DNA from: Adineta vaga
Lineage: Eukaryota; Animalia; Rotifera
Length of the DNA stretch: 64,000 nt
Assembly (NCBI GenBank): GCA_021613535.1
Contig: CP075492.1
Span: 15,872,001-15,936,000 of the forward strand
Direction of reading: 5' to 3'
The notes below the pieces were generated by a model, which did not search any database, had not been told where the DNA came from, and saw nothing but the letters and a program-made list of their open reading frames with translations. The translations under genes were made by a program, and so were the position numbers. Below, piece after piece: positions 12,919 to 26,500 of the stretch (position 1 is the stretch's first letter; each line of letters starts with the position of its first letter).

Positions 12919-13290
12919 CTAAAACTTGATTGATATCATCGCAAAGTTGTCAAATGCTATGTTACAAAACAATACGATCACCAACAATATTAATATAGGT
13001 ACTAATATTTGTGGTCCATGCGATGATCCACTTGTGCTTGTGCTTGTGTGGGTACTATTACATAAATGTCGAATGAGACTATTCTCAGCAGGACACCCTG
13101 TGGGATATTTATTAATACACGATGGTCTCGTACATGAGGAACAATCTGCTACATCAATGATTGGTTGATTCACTGGAGTACAATTAAATTGCCATAAAGT
13201 GGTGATACAACAAGCACATCGACAATCGAAGCTATAGGATAGAGATAAGCAAACCATAATGATTGCAATTGATAAAATAATGAATTTCAT
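12919..13290 (-). CDS. Small Cys-rich surface protein (signal peptide, 8-Cys domain, S/T linker, hydrophobic anchor)
   Basis: 123-aa ORF: MKFIILSIAIIMVCLSLSYS, CRCACC...CSSC...C...C...C, then a hydrophobic tail. Confidence 0.7.
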   Translation of the reverse strand: MKFIILSIAIIMVCLSLSYSFDCRCACCITTLWQFNCTPVNQPIIDVADCSSCTRPSCINKYPTGCPAENSLIRHLCNSTHTSTSTSGSSHGPQILVPILILLVIVLFCNIAFDNFAMISIKF

Positions 13291-14176
13291 TTTATCTAAA
13301 TATTAAACGAATAGAATTTAAATGATTTGTTAAAACAAGAGAGTCATAATAATACTACGAATGCTACTTTATTTTAATTCTCGATTATAATAAAAAAAAG
13401 AAGAAGATATTCTTCTCTTTATAAATAAATGACAAATGTGTATCAATATAAAACAAAAATGAGTAAAGATAAACTTTACAAGATTATTTCTATCAGGGGT
13501 GGATGAAAAAATAGTTACCCAATCACTCACGATAGTTACCATATATTGTCCTTCATTGACAGAACGAAAAAATGACTATTTTTTTCATCTACTTCTATTC
13601 ATTTCGTATAGTATATTTGTCTAAGGATAGAATTCATAACTAAGCACATATATCGTATTCTTCGTCGATTAACTTGCATTTTAGAATAAAAATTAAAATC
13701 AATATTATGAAGATTCGAAAACAAAAATTTCGAATGAAATCTTAAGAAGAAACGATAAAATCAGTACATTGATATTCGTATCTATACTTTCAACAGACAG
13801 TCAAATACAATCATTTATTCAAATGAAAAACAACACAGTTGGTATAGACGCAAAGGTCCCAAACAGAGAGAAAAATGATCCAATGATCAGCATTTTCAAT
13901 AAGACTCTGAAATAAAGTGCCACTATAGATACTTTAAAATCGTTGATAAAGTATCATAAATCAAATATTTCATATGTGAACACAAGAGAATACTATTTCC
14001 ACCCTTTAATAAAAAAATTTGTTCATACAAAAAAAAGAACAATAGGAAATATCAAAATGAACTCATAGATGAAGATAAAGTGGAAAATATATCGTACTCA
14101 GTACAAATCATAAACTAGTTTTCTGAATCCTTATTTACTATTCAACATGTATATCGACACAATCGGTACGAAACCA

Positions 14177-14560
14177 CAAAGGAACAATCATCAATACATC
14201 GAGTGTTTCAATAGCAATTCCAGCACGTCCATTAGTTTGCATACGATTTGCAATTGTATAACCACATTCGCATTCAGCTGAATTTATTGGCGATATCAAA
14301 TAAATTGATAACAGTCATCAACAACTTTTCTCCATAAAATAAAAAATTTCCCGAAGTTTCTTCGAGAATTTTTGTGTTGATCAAGGAACGCAAATTTTAA
14401 TTGAAGATAATTAAGTTCTTGTCGATCATAAAAAGATAGTAACTTCTGTTGTATATTTTATTAAATAATCAGGTTCAAACAAAACGATAAAACATTCTTG
14501 TGTTTTACATGGTTTAAATCTTTTTGTAAAAAACATTCAGCATGAAGTTTTAAATCGATC
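14177..14560 (-). mobile_element. hAT transposase C-terminal (dimerisation domain) remnant
   Basis: Minus strand 14312->14177 reads LSIYLISPINSAECECGYTIANRMQTNGRAGIAIETLDVLMIV, matching the hATC pattern P-x-S-A-x-C-E-R-x-F-S...R-x-x-L...L-x-x-L-M. Upstream part is decayed. Confidence 0.6.
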
Positions 14561-14759
14561 CTCGACAACAATTTGAAAAGCACCAAATGAATATAGTTAG
14601 TTTTGATTGAATCAATATAATCAGTTAATGAAGAACCTAGCGTAGGTTCTTGCTTGTCTTTTTCAAAGGTCTACAGGCTAATGTCCAGGATTCAAAATAC
14701 AAGACCACTCTATATGCTCACGATGTTTTACAAAAGAAAGTTGAGAATGCAGGCGAAGT

Positions 14760-15109
14760 GGATACGCCAAAAGAATGGGGTGATCAGCAGGATGGACTGC
14801 AAATTAGTTGAAGTCAGTAGAACTGATCCTGAATTTATTCGCATTGAGATACGTATGGATAATGGTGAATATGGGTTTGATATGACTTTTAGTATCCATG
14901 GTATGTGGGAAAATGGATTATATTTCGCTAAGAATGCATTTTATTCATGTCCGAGTGATACAAATTTACGTCGACCACCGAAAAAGAGTGAATCAGCATC
15001 TGGTCTACGGTATAACAGTGTGTCAGGTGATACTGGTGGTAGTAAAGTTTATATAATCTACGGAAATCGTGTGGCTTATCCTACTTATTTAATTACATTT
15101 ACTCCATAA
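14760..15109 (+). pseudogene. PARP catalytic-domain fragment with internal deletions
   Basis: GMWENGLYFAKNAFYS and YNSVSGDTGGSKVYIIYGNRVAYPTYLITF match the PARP G-x-Y-F-A and Y-P-x-Y-L-I motifs; the upstream HG motif is missing. Confidence 0.7.
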
Positions 15110-15313
15110 ATAGCAAACATTTTTCTTAACCTTTTCCCTTATTTTATTCGTACATTAAATCACAGATTACAACCATATTCCTAATATACACAGCTATACT
15201 CACAGAACTATACTATTTGAATAAAATTACATGCGGTATTGAAATTTAAACTTTTATGTATTTATTGACAAAAAAATCACGATTCAGAAATGAATGACGT
15301 TCAAAGCAGATAG

Positions 15314-15968
15314 TCAATGATGTGGTCTATCCGTGTATGCCTGACAATAAGTACACCAATAATTCATTGGAATTCCTGCATGAGTATTTCTAAAGAAAAA
15401 AAATCCCGATGCTATTTTAATGAAACAAAAATAGACGACTAACCTTGTTACTTCGTGCTTCACAATCGGCTATGAAAAACAAAGAAATGAAAGAAAGACA
15501 ATAGTTTTAATTGTATTAATTACCTTATATGGTTGCGAAGCCGGTTTTTCAAATTCATGACAAAATTCACAACGAATAGAAATATTTTTCATATCTTGAT
15601 AAGAGAAATCTCTATAAATTGGTTCATTCTGTACGTATACTTTTCTTGATGAATTAGCAAACGAATTTTCCTACACAACAAGAAAACATTACAGTAATCA
15701 AAGAATTTCACCTGAAAATGATTTTACTTCAGGACAATATTCACATCGAAATGGTTCTTTAAAAGAAAAGAAAATCATACATTTCAACATATATATATGT
15801 ATATATATTATAAAGATATGAGCTATTTACTGATTTGTTGGATGGAATAATTGTTAGTCGTATTTGATCGTTGATTAGTCTGAATGAATACTCGTATAAC
15901 ATTACTCTTGGATTAAATAGAAGTAAACATACATAATTTCGATAATAGTTGTAATGGCTATTGCTCAT
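15314..15968 (-). CDS. Probable small multi-exon gene with CxxC motifs, function unknown
   Basis: Short AG/GT-bounded exon-like pieces read EPFRCEYCPE, IRCEFCHE and YWCTYCQAYTDRPHH*. 5' end uncertain. Confidence 0.35.
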
Positions 15969-16599
15969 TTTGTTAAGTAATGAAGAGATTGTTGGATGAT
16001 ATTTGATTTACTTTAAACTTTTTTAATATTGTTGATGCAACTTCTTTTTTGTTTCTTATCAAAATATGTGAAAACGACTCTTATGTTGTCGTATTCTTAC
16101 CAATAGATGACATTTTATCTTGAGAAACGAAGGGTTTTTTCCCTTTGTATCTCATAGTATAGATGCATCAATGCAACGTCATCGTCAAAAATATTAAATC
16201 TACTAAGAACAAGCGTGTCAGTGTGAGGATGTAAATTGCGATATTCGTAAATCCCGGTAAAACGTCATAATTAGCGAGACCAAATGAATAAATTTGAAGA
16301 ATTTGGAATCTTTCTAGCGATTTTGTTATCTGACACACATATTTTGTCGCTAATAGAGGTATTATAAAACTAAGATTGCATTCTATTAAATCGATCTCTC
16401 AGTATGAGAATATATTCTCTGTCTAATTAGTATGAGAAAAATTTAATTTATCTTTTTCAAGTGGTCGTCATCATCAACATTGTATTATATGTATGGATTT
16501 ATCTTATGATCATTCCTCATCAAGCAGCAGAATATCTAGGTAATTTGGAGTGTGTGTGTGTTTAGCAAATTGAGTACTACACTTTCAAGTTATCTTCAC

Positions 16600-17140
16600 T
16601 TTGTCCAGTTATATAATTACAAATGATCAACCAAATCTATATCCAGATGCATACTGAAATCCTATTGCTATGACATTTGTTACAAACACAATAATAATCG
16701 ATTTGGTCACATACGTGCTCTTTGTCGATAGAAATAAGTCAAGAAAAGATTGGTTTGACCAAGACTACCTTTATGTAAGTACGAGTGCACCGATAATTGT
16801 TGCGGGTGATGGCAGTTCTGAATTAACTTCTGATGAACTCTATCAACCTCGCGGAATTTTTGTCGACACTAATTTTGATCTATATGTTGCAGATTGCTAT
16901 AAAGGTCAGGTTAGATTGTTTCATCGAGGGCAGACAAAAGGAATAACATCTTTGGCTGATAAAACAATGTTTCACATCACTCTTTTGTGTCCAACGAGTG
17001 TCTTTCTTGATGCAAATAAAGATCTGTTCACAGTAGATTCTGCTAATAGTCGAAGTATTTGAATGCGTGATCGGTTGCTCAGATCTTCATGATTCAAAAT
17101 CTCATCACTTGGAAACACCAACAGCTGCTGCTTTCGATAA
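16600..17140 (+). pseudogene. Decayed NHL-repeat gene
   Basis: LYQPRGIFVDTNFDLYVADC and LLCPTSVFLDANKDLFTVDS; in-frame stop near 16655 and deletions. Confidence 0.7.
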
Positions 17141-17596
17141 CTTTAACACAGATGAGTGAGTATGGATGTTGTTTTGTATACGACAAACGGCGACAGAAAG
17201 AAAGCAAAACAAGTCAATGTATCAAGTTCAGAGTATTTTTTATACGTGACTGATTGTTAGTATCATCGAACTATAGGAGGACGTTCCTTGTGTTTAATAC
17301 AACCAAAAATGTTTTTTACATGATTAAGTTCTATTCTTTTACGAACAGAATCAAGGATCCGTCTACATCTATCTAATAGAATAGGAAAAGAAGACACACT
17401 TTGTTGACTTTTCTCAAACAGATACGACACCACTCATCCAGTCGCTCAGGAGAGATGATATTGACTTTAAGATTGCGCATATCAGCCTATAATACGAACG
17501 AACGAACAAAAGAAAAAAGCACATGTGTTATTCATTGTTATATAAAGACGCATTATTTCTTTTCATTCTAGTTGATAAAGTAAAAAGCAAAACTAA

Positions 17597-19357
17597 ATGT
17601 TGTTTTTACCCATTATTCTATTTTGTGTATTAATTAGTCTTATAATTTATTACGTTTTTCAATTGCAACAACGTTATGAATACTTCCATCGGCGTAATAT
17701 TCCTACACCACCTTTCCGTTTTTTCTTTGGTCATCTTAAAACGTTATGGAATGTTGCATCATTTCATCGTCAACTTGAAAATTGGACAAAACAATATGGA
17801 AAAATCTATGGAATATATCAAGGGGCTATTCCTACTTTAGTTGTGAGTGATGCCGATTTTCTTCAAGAAGTTTTTGTCAAACAATTCGTGATTTTTTCGG
17901 GACGACGAGAAATTCTTTCGGCTAATAAAATTAAAAACGTATTCTCTTCACGAGGTGCAATGTGGCGTCGACATCGTCATGTAATAAATCCAACGTTTTC
18001 CGCAACAAAACTCAAAATGATGAGTCCACTTATCAATGGATGTATTACGAATGTTATGGGAAAATTAATCGATCATGCTAAAAATGGTAATGATTTCAAT
18101 ATCTATATGTATTATAAAAGAATGACAATGGATGTTATATGTAAGTATATGTTTACCGTTGTGATATTTCTCTAAACAATGGTATCATTTGTACAGGTCG
18201 ATGTGCTTTTGGAATTGATACTGATTTTCAAAATGATCCGAATAATATATATTTCAAAAAGGTAGAAGAACTCTTTGTTCGTAGTATTAGATCACGTAAT
18301 TTTTTCAAAATTTCTCAAATGATACCTGCTATGGCGTATATCATTGCGAAAGGTGTTTTGCTCATTAATTCTGCAGTAGCATTCATCAATATGCATATTT
18401 TACCATTGATAACAAAGAAAGAATTACATGAATTACCAAATCTGTGGCTTCTCAAACGATTACATCCAATTATCGAGCAAAGACAACAGACATCTACTTC
18501 ACGAGTCGATGTTCTACAACTAATGTTACAAGTAATGACCGATGAAGAAATTCATGTCAGTATGATTTAATAGCTTTAGAAAATTACTAATTTAGATGAA
18601 TTTCAATTTTCTAGGATGAAATACAGGATAGTAGTAAGGCTAATTATAGATTAACTCGAAACGAAATTGTTAGTAATATCGTTGTTTTCATGGCTGCTGG
18701 ATATGAAACAACATCTACTGCATTAGCCTGTGCAACATATGAACTTGCTACACATCCCGAAGTTCTTCAGAAACTTCAGACTGAAATCGATCAACTTCCA
18801 TTGAGCGATGAAAATGGAATAGATGAAGAAAGCAAACGATATCCAGATTATGATGTTGTTGCACAGATGCCTTATATGGATATGTTTGTTTCGGAAGTTT
18901 TAAGAATGTATCCAATTGCTGTTGGAGCCGTTCAAAGAATTGCTTCCGAAGATACGATAGTACAAGGAATTCAAATCGAAAAAGGTAATGATAGATTTTT
19001 TTATTAATGTTACAAGCACATTTCACTTGCTTCTTTATAGATACAATAGTCTATGCGGATATGTATTCTGTTCATTTTGATCGTGAACTTTGGGGTCCAG
19101 AAGATCCCTATATCTTCTATCCTGAACGTCATGCAATCAAACGTCATCCCATGGCCTATCTACCATTTGGAGCGGGACCACGACATTGTATTGGTATGCG
19201 ATTTGCATTGATCGAAATGAAAATTTTATTAGTAAGATTACTTCGTGAATATTCTATTCTACCTGGTGAACATCTCGAAAATAAATTTAATATTCGTGAA
19301 CGAACTGTCATCGCACCAGAAGAAGTTTGGGTGAAACTTGTACCAAGAAATACTTGA
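17597..19357 (+). CDS. Cytochrome P450 (clan 3-like), 4 exons
   Basis: N-terminal anchor, WRRHR, AGYETT, EVLR (ExxR), PER, FGAGPRHCIG heme motif; introns 18141-18196, 18556-18614, 18985-19040. Confidence 0.93.
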
Positions 19358-19416
19358 AAGTGGATGTAACAAATAAGATTAGAATAGTTTTTTCTAGAAA
19401 TGATCGAGAATGTGGA

Positions 19417-21120
19417 TTAGTCATTAACAATTACATTGATAGTGAATAGAAATTTATTTTTTATGTATAATAAAAGCAACAATGTGTATAAGAATATAAG
19501 AAAAAGAAAAGTAAATTCGATTGCGGCGATAACTTGATTATTATTTATTAAAAGTCTAATTTTTAATATATAGAATATAGAATCCCAACGTAAAAGCAAC
19601 TGATTTGATCAATAATTGTTCATCTAAAATATTTCCTATAAATTATCAATCTATTCAAAATAATCCATGTTTGGTTGTTTCAAATGTAAAAGATGCACTA
19701 TTTGATCGAGAAACTGTTGTTGAAATAATGGACGATTGTTGTGCTACAATATATAAGAGAAAGTATTGATTTGTTCCGTAGAGTGTATCATTAGTTGTTG
19801 TAAATAGATGTGATGTGATAAATGAGGAAACAGAGATAGCAATTATTGATGATTATTCATTACCTTTATTTGTTGACTACGTTGTAATGATTGAGGTGAG
19901 AAATTTTGAGAGTGTCATCGTCGTTTGACGGATAGCTGTACTTTCTTCTGAAAAGATTGAATAAAAAGAAACGTCGAGTAATGTTGAACACAAATTCTTA
20001 CCATTTTTTACTATTGAAAATGCAGTTGTTTCAACTGTTCTTTGCGTTGAGATAGACACTAAACAGTTACATTCATTTTTTTAATTTCACTTTTCTATCG
20101 CGTTCTGTAAAAGAATTGGTAAGAAAGCTCGATAGTTGACTTACAACAAAAATTGCTTTTAAGAGTAAATTTTTGAATTCGATTATTTCCTTTGTCAGTA
20201 ACAAATATACTTCCATAAGTATCGAAACCAATAATTTGTGGGTAATTCAATTGATTAGATGCTGATCCAACTCTTGAACGACTGATGATGCATTGAAATC
20301 CATTTGGTTCTGATCCAAGGATGCGATGATTTCCATAATCTGCAATATAGACATACCCATTGCCATCAAGGATAACACCTCTTGGTTCATTAAGTGTAAT
20401 TGATCCTGTTGCGCTTGTACCAGCGACCACTATTCCAGTTGATTGACCTGGTAGAAATTTGATAATTCTATGGTTCACGGAGTCTGCTAGATACAATTTG
20501 AATTCGATATCAATGAAAATTCCATAAGGTTGATTCAGTACATTCAATCCTGATCCAAAAGTATCAGTAATTCCAGCAATAGTTTTTGGCGCAGTTTGAT
20601 TATAGTTAAGTGACACTGTCACTACATTATATGACGGTCAAACATAGCACAGTAAAGTGTATTATTCAAATCTGTAAAGAGTCCTACACACTGACGACCA
20701 ATATTCATAGCATTAGTAGTTATATTACTGTCAACTGTATATTTGTTGACTTGCTTAGCAACATAACCATTATCACAGTAAATATCACCATTTAGTGTGG
20801 CATAGGTGGCTAATGGTATATTCAAACCAAAAATAACTGTTGAGGGATACATATTTCCACTATGCCAAACTAGAATATAGCCATTACCATACGGACCAGA
20901 ACCAGCTGCACTAATGTTCTCAAAATTAGTTCCACTACTGTTCCATGAGACATTTGAACAGAATTTTGGTTGATTATAAGAAACACCTAAATATTAGAGA
21001 ATTCTATACTCATTCTCTCTCTCTCTGTCTATTCACAATCTTACCGATAGTGGCAGCTAATGTCACAAATGAAAAGAATAACCACCAGTTGAGTACCATT
21101 TTATAGAATATCGATGTCAT
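19417..21120 (-). pseudogene. NHL-repeat surface protein (signal peptide, NHL propeller, S/T-rich stalk, C-terminal TM) with a frameshift near 20625
   Basis: ATG at 21120 with a hydrophobic leader and GTAAG donor; NHL repeats in 20095-20852 (QPYGIFID..LYLADSVNHRI; EPRGVILD..VYIADYGNHRI); Thr/Ser-rich exons and a hydrophobic last segment. 3' exon structure approximate. Confidence 0.65.
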
Positions 21121-21908
21121 TGTCGCTTCTGATATTTGATCTTACAGAATTCTGAACAGAAAGAATGATTCTAAATCAAAATTTATAGTTTATTTCTTGA
21201 AAATGTAATGAGAAGAGAAATAAGTTTTTCAATTACAAGAGTAAAACAAACATCTCTCATCTCTATTTTTTTCTTCCAGGAATATGTTCAATAGCGTAAA
21301 ATTGGCATCTAATAACTTATTTTAATGACTTTTTTTTACAAAACAACACTCTCGAAAATTGATTATGATAAGAATAAACAGTTTTGTATTTCACATATCG
21401 GAAATTGTGTAAAATATATCATGGAACTAAAATCTCATGATTTTGTGTTAATTGTAAAGAAGAAGAAAAAAACGAATTACATTGGAATCACCTTTCCAAA
21501 TGTGCCCACTAACTGTTTTGTTCTATTGAATTGAATTATCTATAATAATGAGAAACATGTCGTTTTAGTTTGTCACGTCTGCGAAAAGAAAAGAAATCAA
21601 GGAACGTTCTTTTATTTCTCTCTCAAATCGTTCCAATAATGGTATCAAACATCGTTGCATTTTATTCCTATCTTATTTTTCTAATTCCATCTCTATTTTG
21701 TACATTCTTTATTCTCTCTCATCTTCTATTTGATCGAACATTACGACATGCTCTTCATAATCATGTAATTATCGTAGTTTTATTCATTGTTATTATCTAT
21801 GAAATAACAATCTATCCATGGATGTTATATTATTATTATTATTATTATCAAAGTCAATCGAATATTTCATGTACGATTCGAACATTTCTTGATTGGGATC
21901 TTTATATA

Positions 21909-22191
21909 TGTTACAGGCGACACCTATCTCTTCATATTCTAGTCTTCTCTTTCTTTTCATTGATCTCGTCTTTCATCTCTCTCTCGACCTAGATCCTTTC
22001 TTTTGATGATATCATCTCTTTCTTCTCTTTATTCGTGATATATGTGTATTCACTTTTCTTTGTGTGATTATATATATATATATGTTTTTTTCTCAGTAAA
22101 GAAGAGAGAGAGAAGAGAGTGGTGTGACGTGTGTGTTTTTTTTACATTTTCTAAATAAACTACGAACAGAAACACATTTGTCTCTCTAATA
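21909..22191 (+). repeat. 5' LTR (TGTTA...TAATA)
   Basis: Direct repeat of 29763-30045, same length, no differences seen by eye. Confidence 0.95.
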
Positions 22192-22193
22192 TT

Positions 22194-22206
22194 TGGTGCC
22201 GTGACC
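22194..22206 (+). promoter_or_regulatory. Primer-binding site, probably tRNA-His
   Basis: TGGTGCCGTGAC, 2 nt after the LTR, is complementary to the 3' end of eukaryotic tRNA-His (...GUCACGGCACCA). Confidence 0.8.
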
Positions 22207-22485
22207 GGTTATTTTTATTATCCTCCGATAATAAAGATCTTACCGGAACTTAAATCATTCTTGAATAACAACACGTCCAAGTAAGTCACATAATAACTTC
22301 TCTCCCGTTTGCCATTTCAGCAAACCAAGAGGTATCCTTCGACGGAATAACCTGCTTCATTTACCATTACAACGGCGTATAGTTTAAGAAGTTCACATCT
22401 TGATCCGGAATATACCGGCGACATACTGACCAGCACATCGGAACGTATCTTTAAGAAGGTAACGCTACAATCACAAACAACTGAT

Positions 22486-23469
22486 ATGGGCGAATCAGAA
22501 GAACACGTACCAACTACACCTAGCAGTACATCAGGTTCAGCCATGATGATCTGCTATCGGGAATGTCTTTCAAATATGGTGAAATTCACCGGTAACGAAG
22601 AAGAAAAAATAGCAAAATTCATTAGTAATATTGAACGAATCGGAAAAATGATAAACGCAAACGATGATATCCTTTACTGCATGTGCACAGCTAAAATCGA
22701 TGGCGAAGCTAAACGATGGTATGAAAACAACACTTCCCTGATCAATTGGGAACAATTAAAACCAGCATTACTGGAACGATTTACAACACCCGATTCTTCG
22801 ACGAAAATATTCGAACAACTGAAGGAACGCAAGCAAAGACCGGATGAATCAATCACATCATTTTTTGATACCATTACTAAATTATGTCATGACTATGATC
22901 CAGAAATGTCCGAAAAGATGAAGGTGTCATGGTTAGAGAATGGTGTGAAAGATTCATTGAAGATTCCAATCAAGCGTCAAATGAAATTACTAGCTGAACA
23001 AGCGCGCACAACAAAAGCATTTCTGAAAATCGCCAAGGATGAACAGGAATTACAAGAGGAACGAGTGTCAGTTCCTGATCCTACACCATCGTACATGTCA
23101 TATTTTACGAATACAGTCTCCACAACAAAACCTCAAGCAGCAGAAGGACGACTCAATTTATCATCATCGACACATACTAGCTTGCCGGACGGATCTAAGA
23201 ACCAAATCTACAGTACTACACCACAATCGCGGTGGTCGGTACCTAAATCTCGATCGACAATATTTCAACAATACGATCAATCAATGGCATCCAGAAACAA
23301 CAAACCAACAACAATAATGAAAAATTCCATGCGTCAAAGAAGCTCATGTCTCATATGCAAGCGCAACAACCACCGATCAATCGATTGTTATTACAAAAAA
23401 CCGACAGGATGTTACAAGTGCGGACAATCCGATCACCGAATTCGTGACTGTCCGACGGTTTTCTACTAG
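22486..23469 (+). CDS. gag: Gag with two CCHC zinc knuckles
   Basis: Retrotransposon capsid segment (AKRWY...WEQLKPALLERF, KQRPDESI); CLICKRNNHRSIDC and CYKCGQSDHRIRDC. Confidence 0.92.
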   Translation: MGESEEHVPTTPSSTSGSAMMICYRECLSNMVKFTGNEEEKIAKFISNIERIGKMINANDDILYCMCTAKIDGEAKRWYENNTSLINWEQLKPALLERFTTPDSSTKIFEQLKERKQRPDESITSFFDTITKLCHDYDPEMSEKMKVSWLENGVKDSLKIPIKRQMKLLAEQARTTKAFLKIAKDEQELQEERVSVPDPTPSYMSYFTNTVSTTKPQAAEGRLNLSSSTHTSLPDGSKNQIYSTTPQSRWSVPKSRSTIFQQYDQSMASRNNKPTTIMKNSMRQRSSCLICKRNNHRSIDCYYKKPTGCYKCGQSDHRIRDCPTVFY

Positions 23470-23501
23470 CTGGAACCCATGATGGTGGTAATTCCAGTAA
23501 C

Positions 23502-26500
23502 ATGAAACGAAATCCATCAACACCCAACATTCTCTCTCCACGAATATCAAGTCCTATCTACATTAACGTACAAGTAAATAACAAACAACAACATGCCATT
23601 ATCGATACTGGATCCGCAGTCACCATCATTAATCAACAACTATTAAAAAACATCTATCATAAGAAATTCATTCCCAAGCAAAAATCACACAAATCAGCGA
23701 ATTGCACAGCGATCAGCATTATCGGTGAAATCGAACTCGAAATTAAAATACAAGGATACAAAACGTCAATCTTAGCTGATGTCGCAACAAACCTAATCAC
23801 AGATTTATTACTTGGGAATGACTGGATCCAAGCGAACAACATCATTATTGACTGTCCGAAACAATGCATTTTTCTTAGTGATCATTACCATCGAATAGTA
23901 GCAACAGCGTCATTTATCGAACCACCCGACATCCAACTGCCAGTATTCTTACTCAACGACGCTACTCTTCTGCCGTACTCAGAAACATGCGTCAATGTGA
24001 AAGCGCAATTACCTGATAATCCGACAGCCGAAGTACTATTCGAACCCACTCCAACCTTCTCTCTCAAACAGATATTATTAACACATGCATTACTTACAAT
24101 GGAAAATAACATTAGTGCACTTACCATCATTAATGCGACCGATCGTCCACGGAAATTACCAAGGAATACAAAACTAGGACATATCAGTTATCAAAATATG
24201 CCAGGCAACTATATCATCGTACCCGTTTTACCAAGCACAAAACCTATTCGACAACCTAATCCAAAAACTATTCGATTTGAGAGGAACACCCATCATCAGG
24301 AGAGTTCCTGTTCATCATCATCAACAAATCGAAAGAGGAAAGTCAATTTTACAGACACTCCTTGGGAATCGAAACAACCTGTCAAACAACATCAATGCTA
24401 CGTTTGTGAAGAAATATTCCTTACCAGAAACGACTTACAAGAACATCTGCGACGAAAATGCTATCCACAAGATATACGAGAACAAATCGAAGAATTAACA
24501 TCACACATACAAAACAAAGATCACCAACAAGCAATACAAAAAATCTTATGGAAATATGGCAAATTACTTGATCTTCGCAAATCATCTATTATCAAAGGAA
24601 CGGTTCGGCATGCACTAGAGACTGGTAATCATCCACCAGTCTTCACTCCACCATACCGTGTCTCGTACAAGGACGAACGGATTCGACAAGAGGAAATAAA
24701 TAAGTTATTAAAACAAGGTGTGATCGAAGAATCAACATCTCCTTGGTCTTCACCGATTGTTCTAGTACGCAAGAAGGATGGTTCAGTTAGATTCTGTATC
24801 GATTATAGAAAACTGAATGCCATTACGACGAAGGATGCATTTCCAATACCTCGAATCGACGACATCTTTGACCATTTATCACAAGCCGGTTATTATACAA
24901 CGATTGACTTCAAATCCGGTTATTTTCAAGTTGGTTTAGATGCGAGAGATCGTCCAAAAACAGCATTTTCAACCCGAGATCAACATTATCAATTTACAGT
25001 GTTACCACAAGGAGTTACGAACGGTCCACCAGCATTTCAACGTATTGTTAGTCAAATTCTCGGACCTACAAGATGGAAATACGCATTAGCATATTTAGAC
25101 GATGTCATCATATATTCACCAACTTTCGATCAACACTTAGTTCACCTGGATGATATTCTGAATCGATTACACGAAGCAAACTTTCGTCTCAACGTTGGAA
25201 AATGCCACATAGCTCAAACATCGATCGATTATCTAGGTCATCACATCGAACACGGGAATATCAAACCGAACGCTGACAATATTCGTGCTTTATTGGAAAC
25301 TCCTCAACCAGCAACAGCAAAGGAAGCATTTCGATTCGTCAAGGCAGCAGAATATTATCGCAAGTTCATACCAAAATTTTCTATGATAGCACAACCTCTG
25401 TACAAGTATGCACCTACTACGAAAGAACAACGATCAAACAAAATGCCAGCTGTACCCATTCAACTATTAGACGACGAACTTCATGCATTCCATGAATTGA
25501 AACAAATATTAACAAATGACCTAATATTACGCATACCCGACGAAAATCTACCATTTAAAATTCAAACCGACGCATCAAAAATCGGAATAGGAGCTGTCCT
25601 GATGCAAACCCATTCGAATGGAGATTTACCGGTAGCATACTTATCAAAGAAATTTACAACAACACAAATGAACTGGCCCGCAACGGAACAAGAATGTTAT
25701 GCCATTATACACGCAATTGAAAAATGGCACAAATATTTAGATGGACGTGAATTTATAATCGAAACAGACCACAAACCTCTGTTACCATTCAACTTAAAAC
25801 AGCAACTGAATTCCAAATGCGAACGATGGCGTTTGAAGCTGCAACAGTACAAGTTCACTATTCGATATATCAAAGGAAAACACAATACAGTAGCAGACTA
25901 TCTATCACGTTCACCTTCAGACAACGCATCCGACGATCTAGACGATTATGTTCCTACGAGATCGCAAACAACACAAACCGAAAGCTCGCTGGTAACATCT
26001 ATCATAACATCCGTCACCACCCGAGCTCAAATGAAACGACAACAACAAAACCAGAAGAACAACGATCATCCGATCGATCAATCCCACGATGGACAACCGA
26101 AGAGGAACGATGACTCACTAGAAGACAGTTCCTGCGTCCAGAACCATATTCAACACCAACAGCCGGTGGAGATCGACAATCGAATCATACCGTTCACCCA
26201 CGAACAACTCAAAGAACTACAACATCAAGACGAAGAAACGAAACATATTACGATGAACATTGACAAGTTCGACGAATACTTTGTACAAGATGATATGTTA
26301 ATGAAAAATTCAACACCACCAGTACCTTACGTACCCAAAGGACGTATTCGATCAGACATTATAAAAATTTATCATGATACACCAGCAAATGGAGCACATT
26401 TTGGTCGAGATCGAACAATCCATAGGATTCAACAACGATACTTCTGGCCTAATATGATATCCGACATACGCGACCATATTAAAAGTTGCATTCCTTGTTT

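Noticed and set aside
21825-21848. Poly-Tyr (TAT)n run in the GPCR 5' half
   Set aside because: Simple trinucleotide slippage; no further structure.
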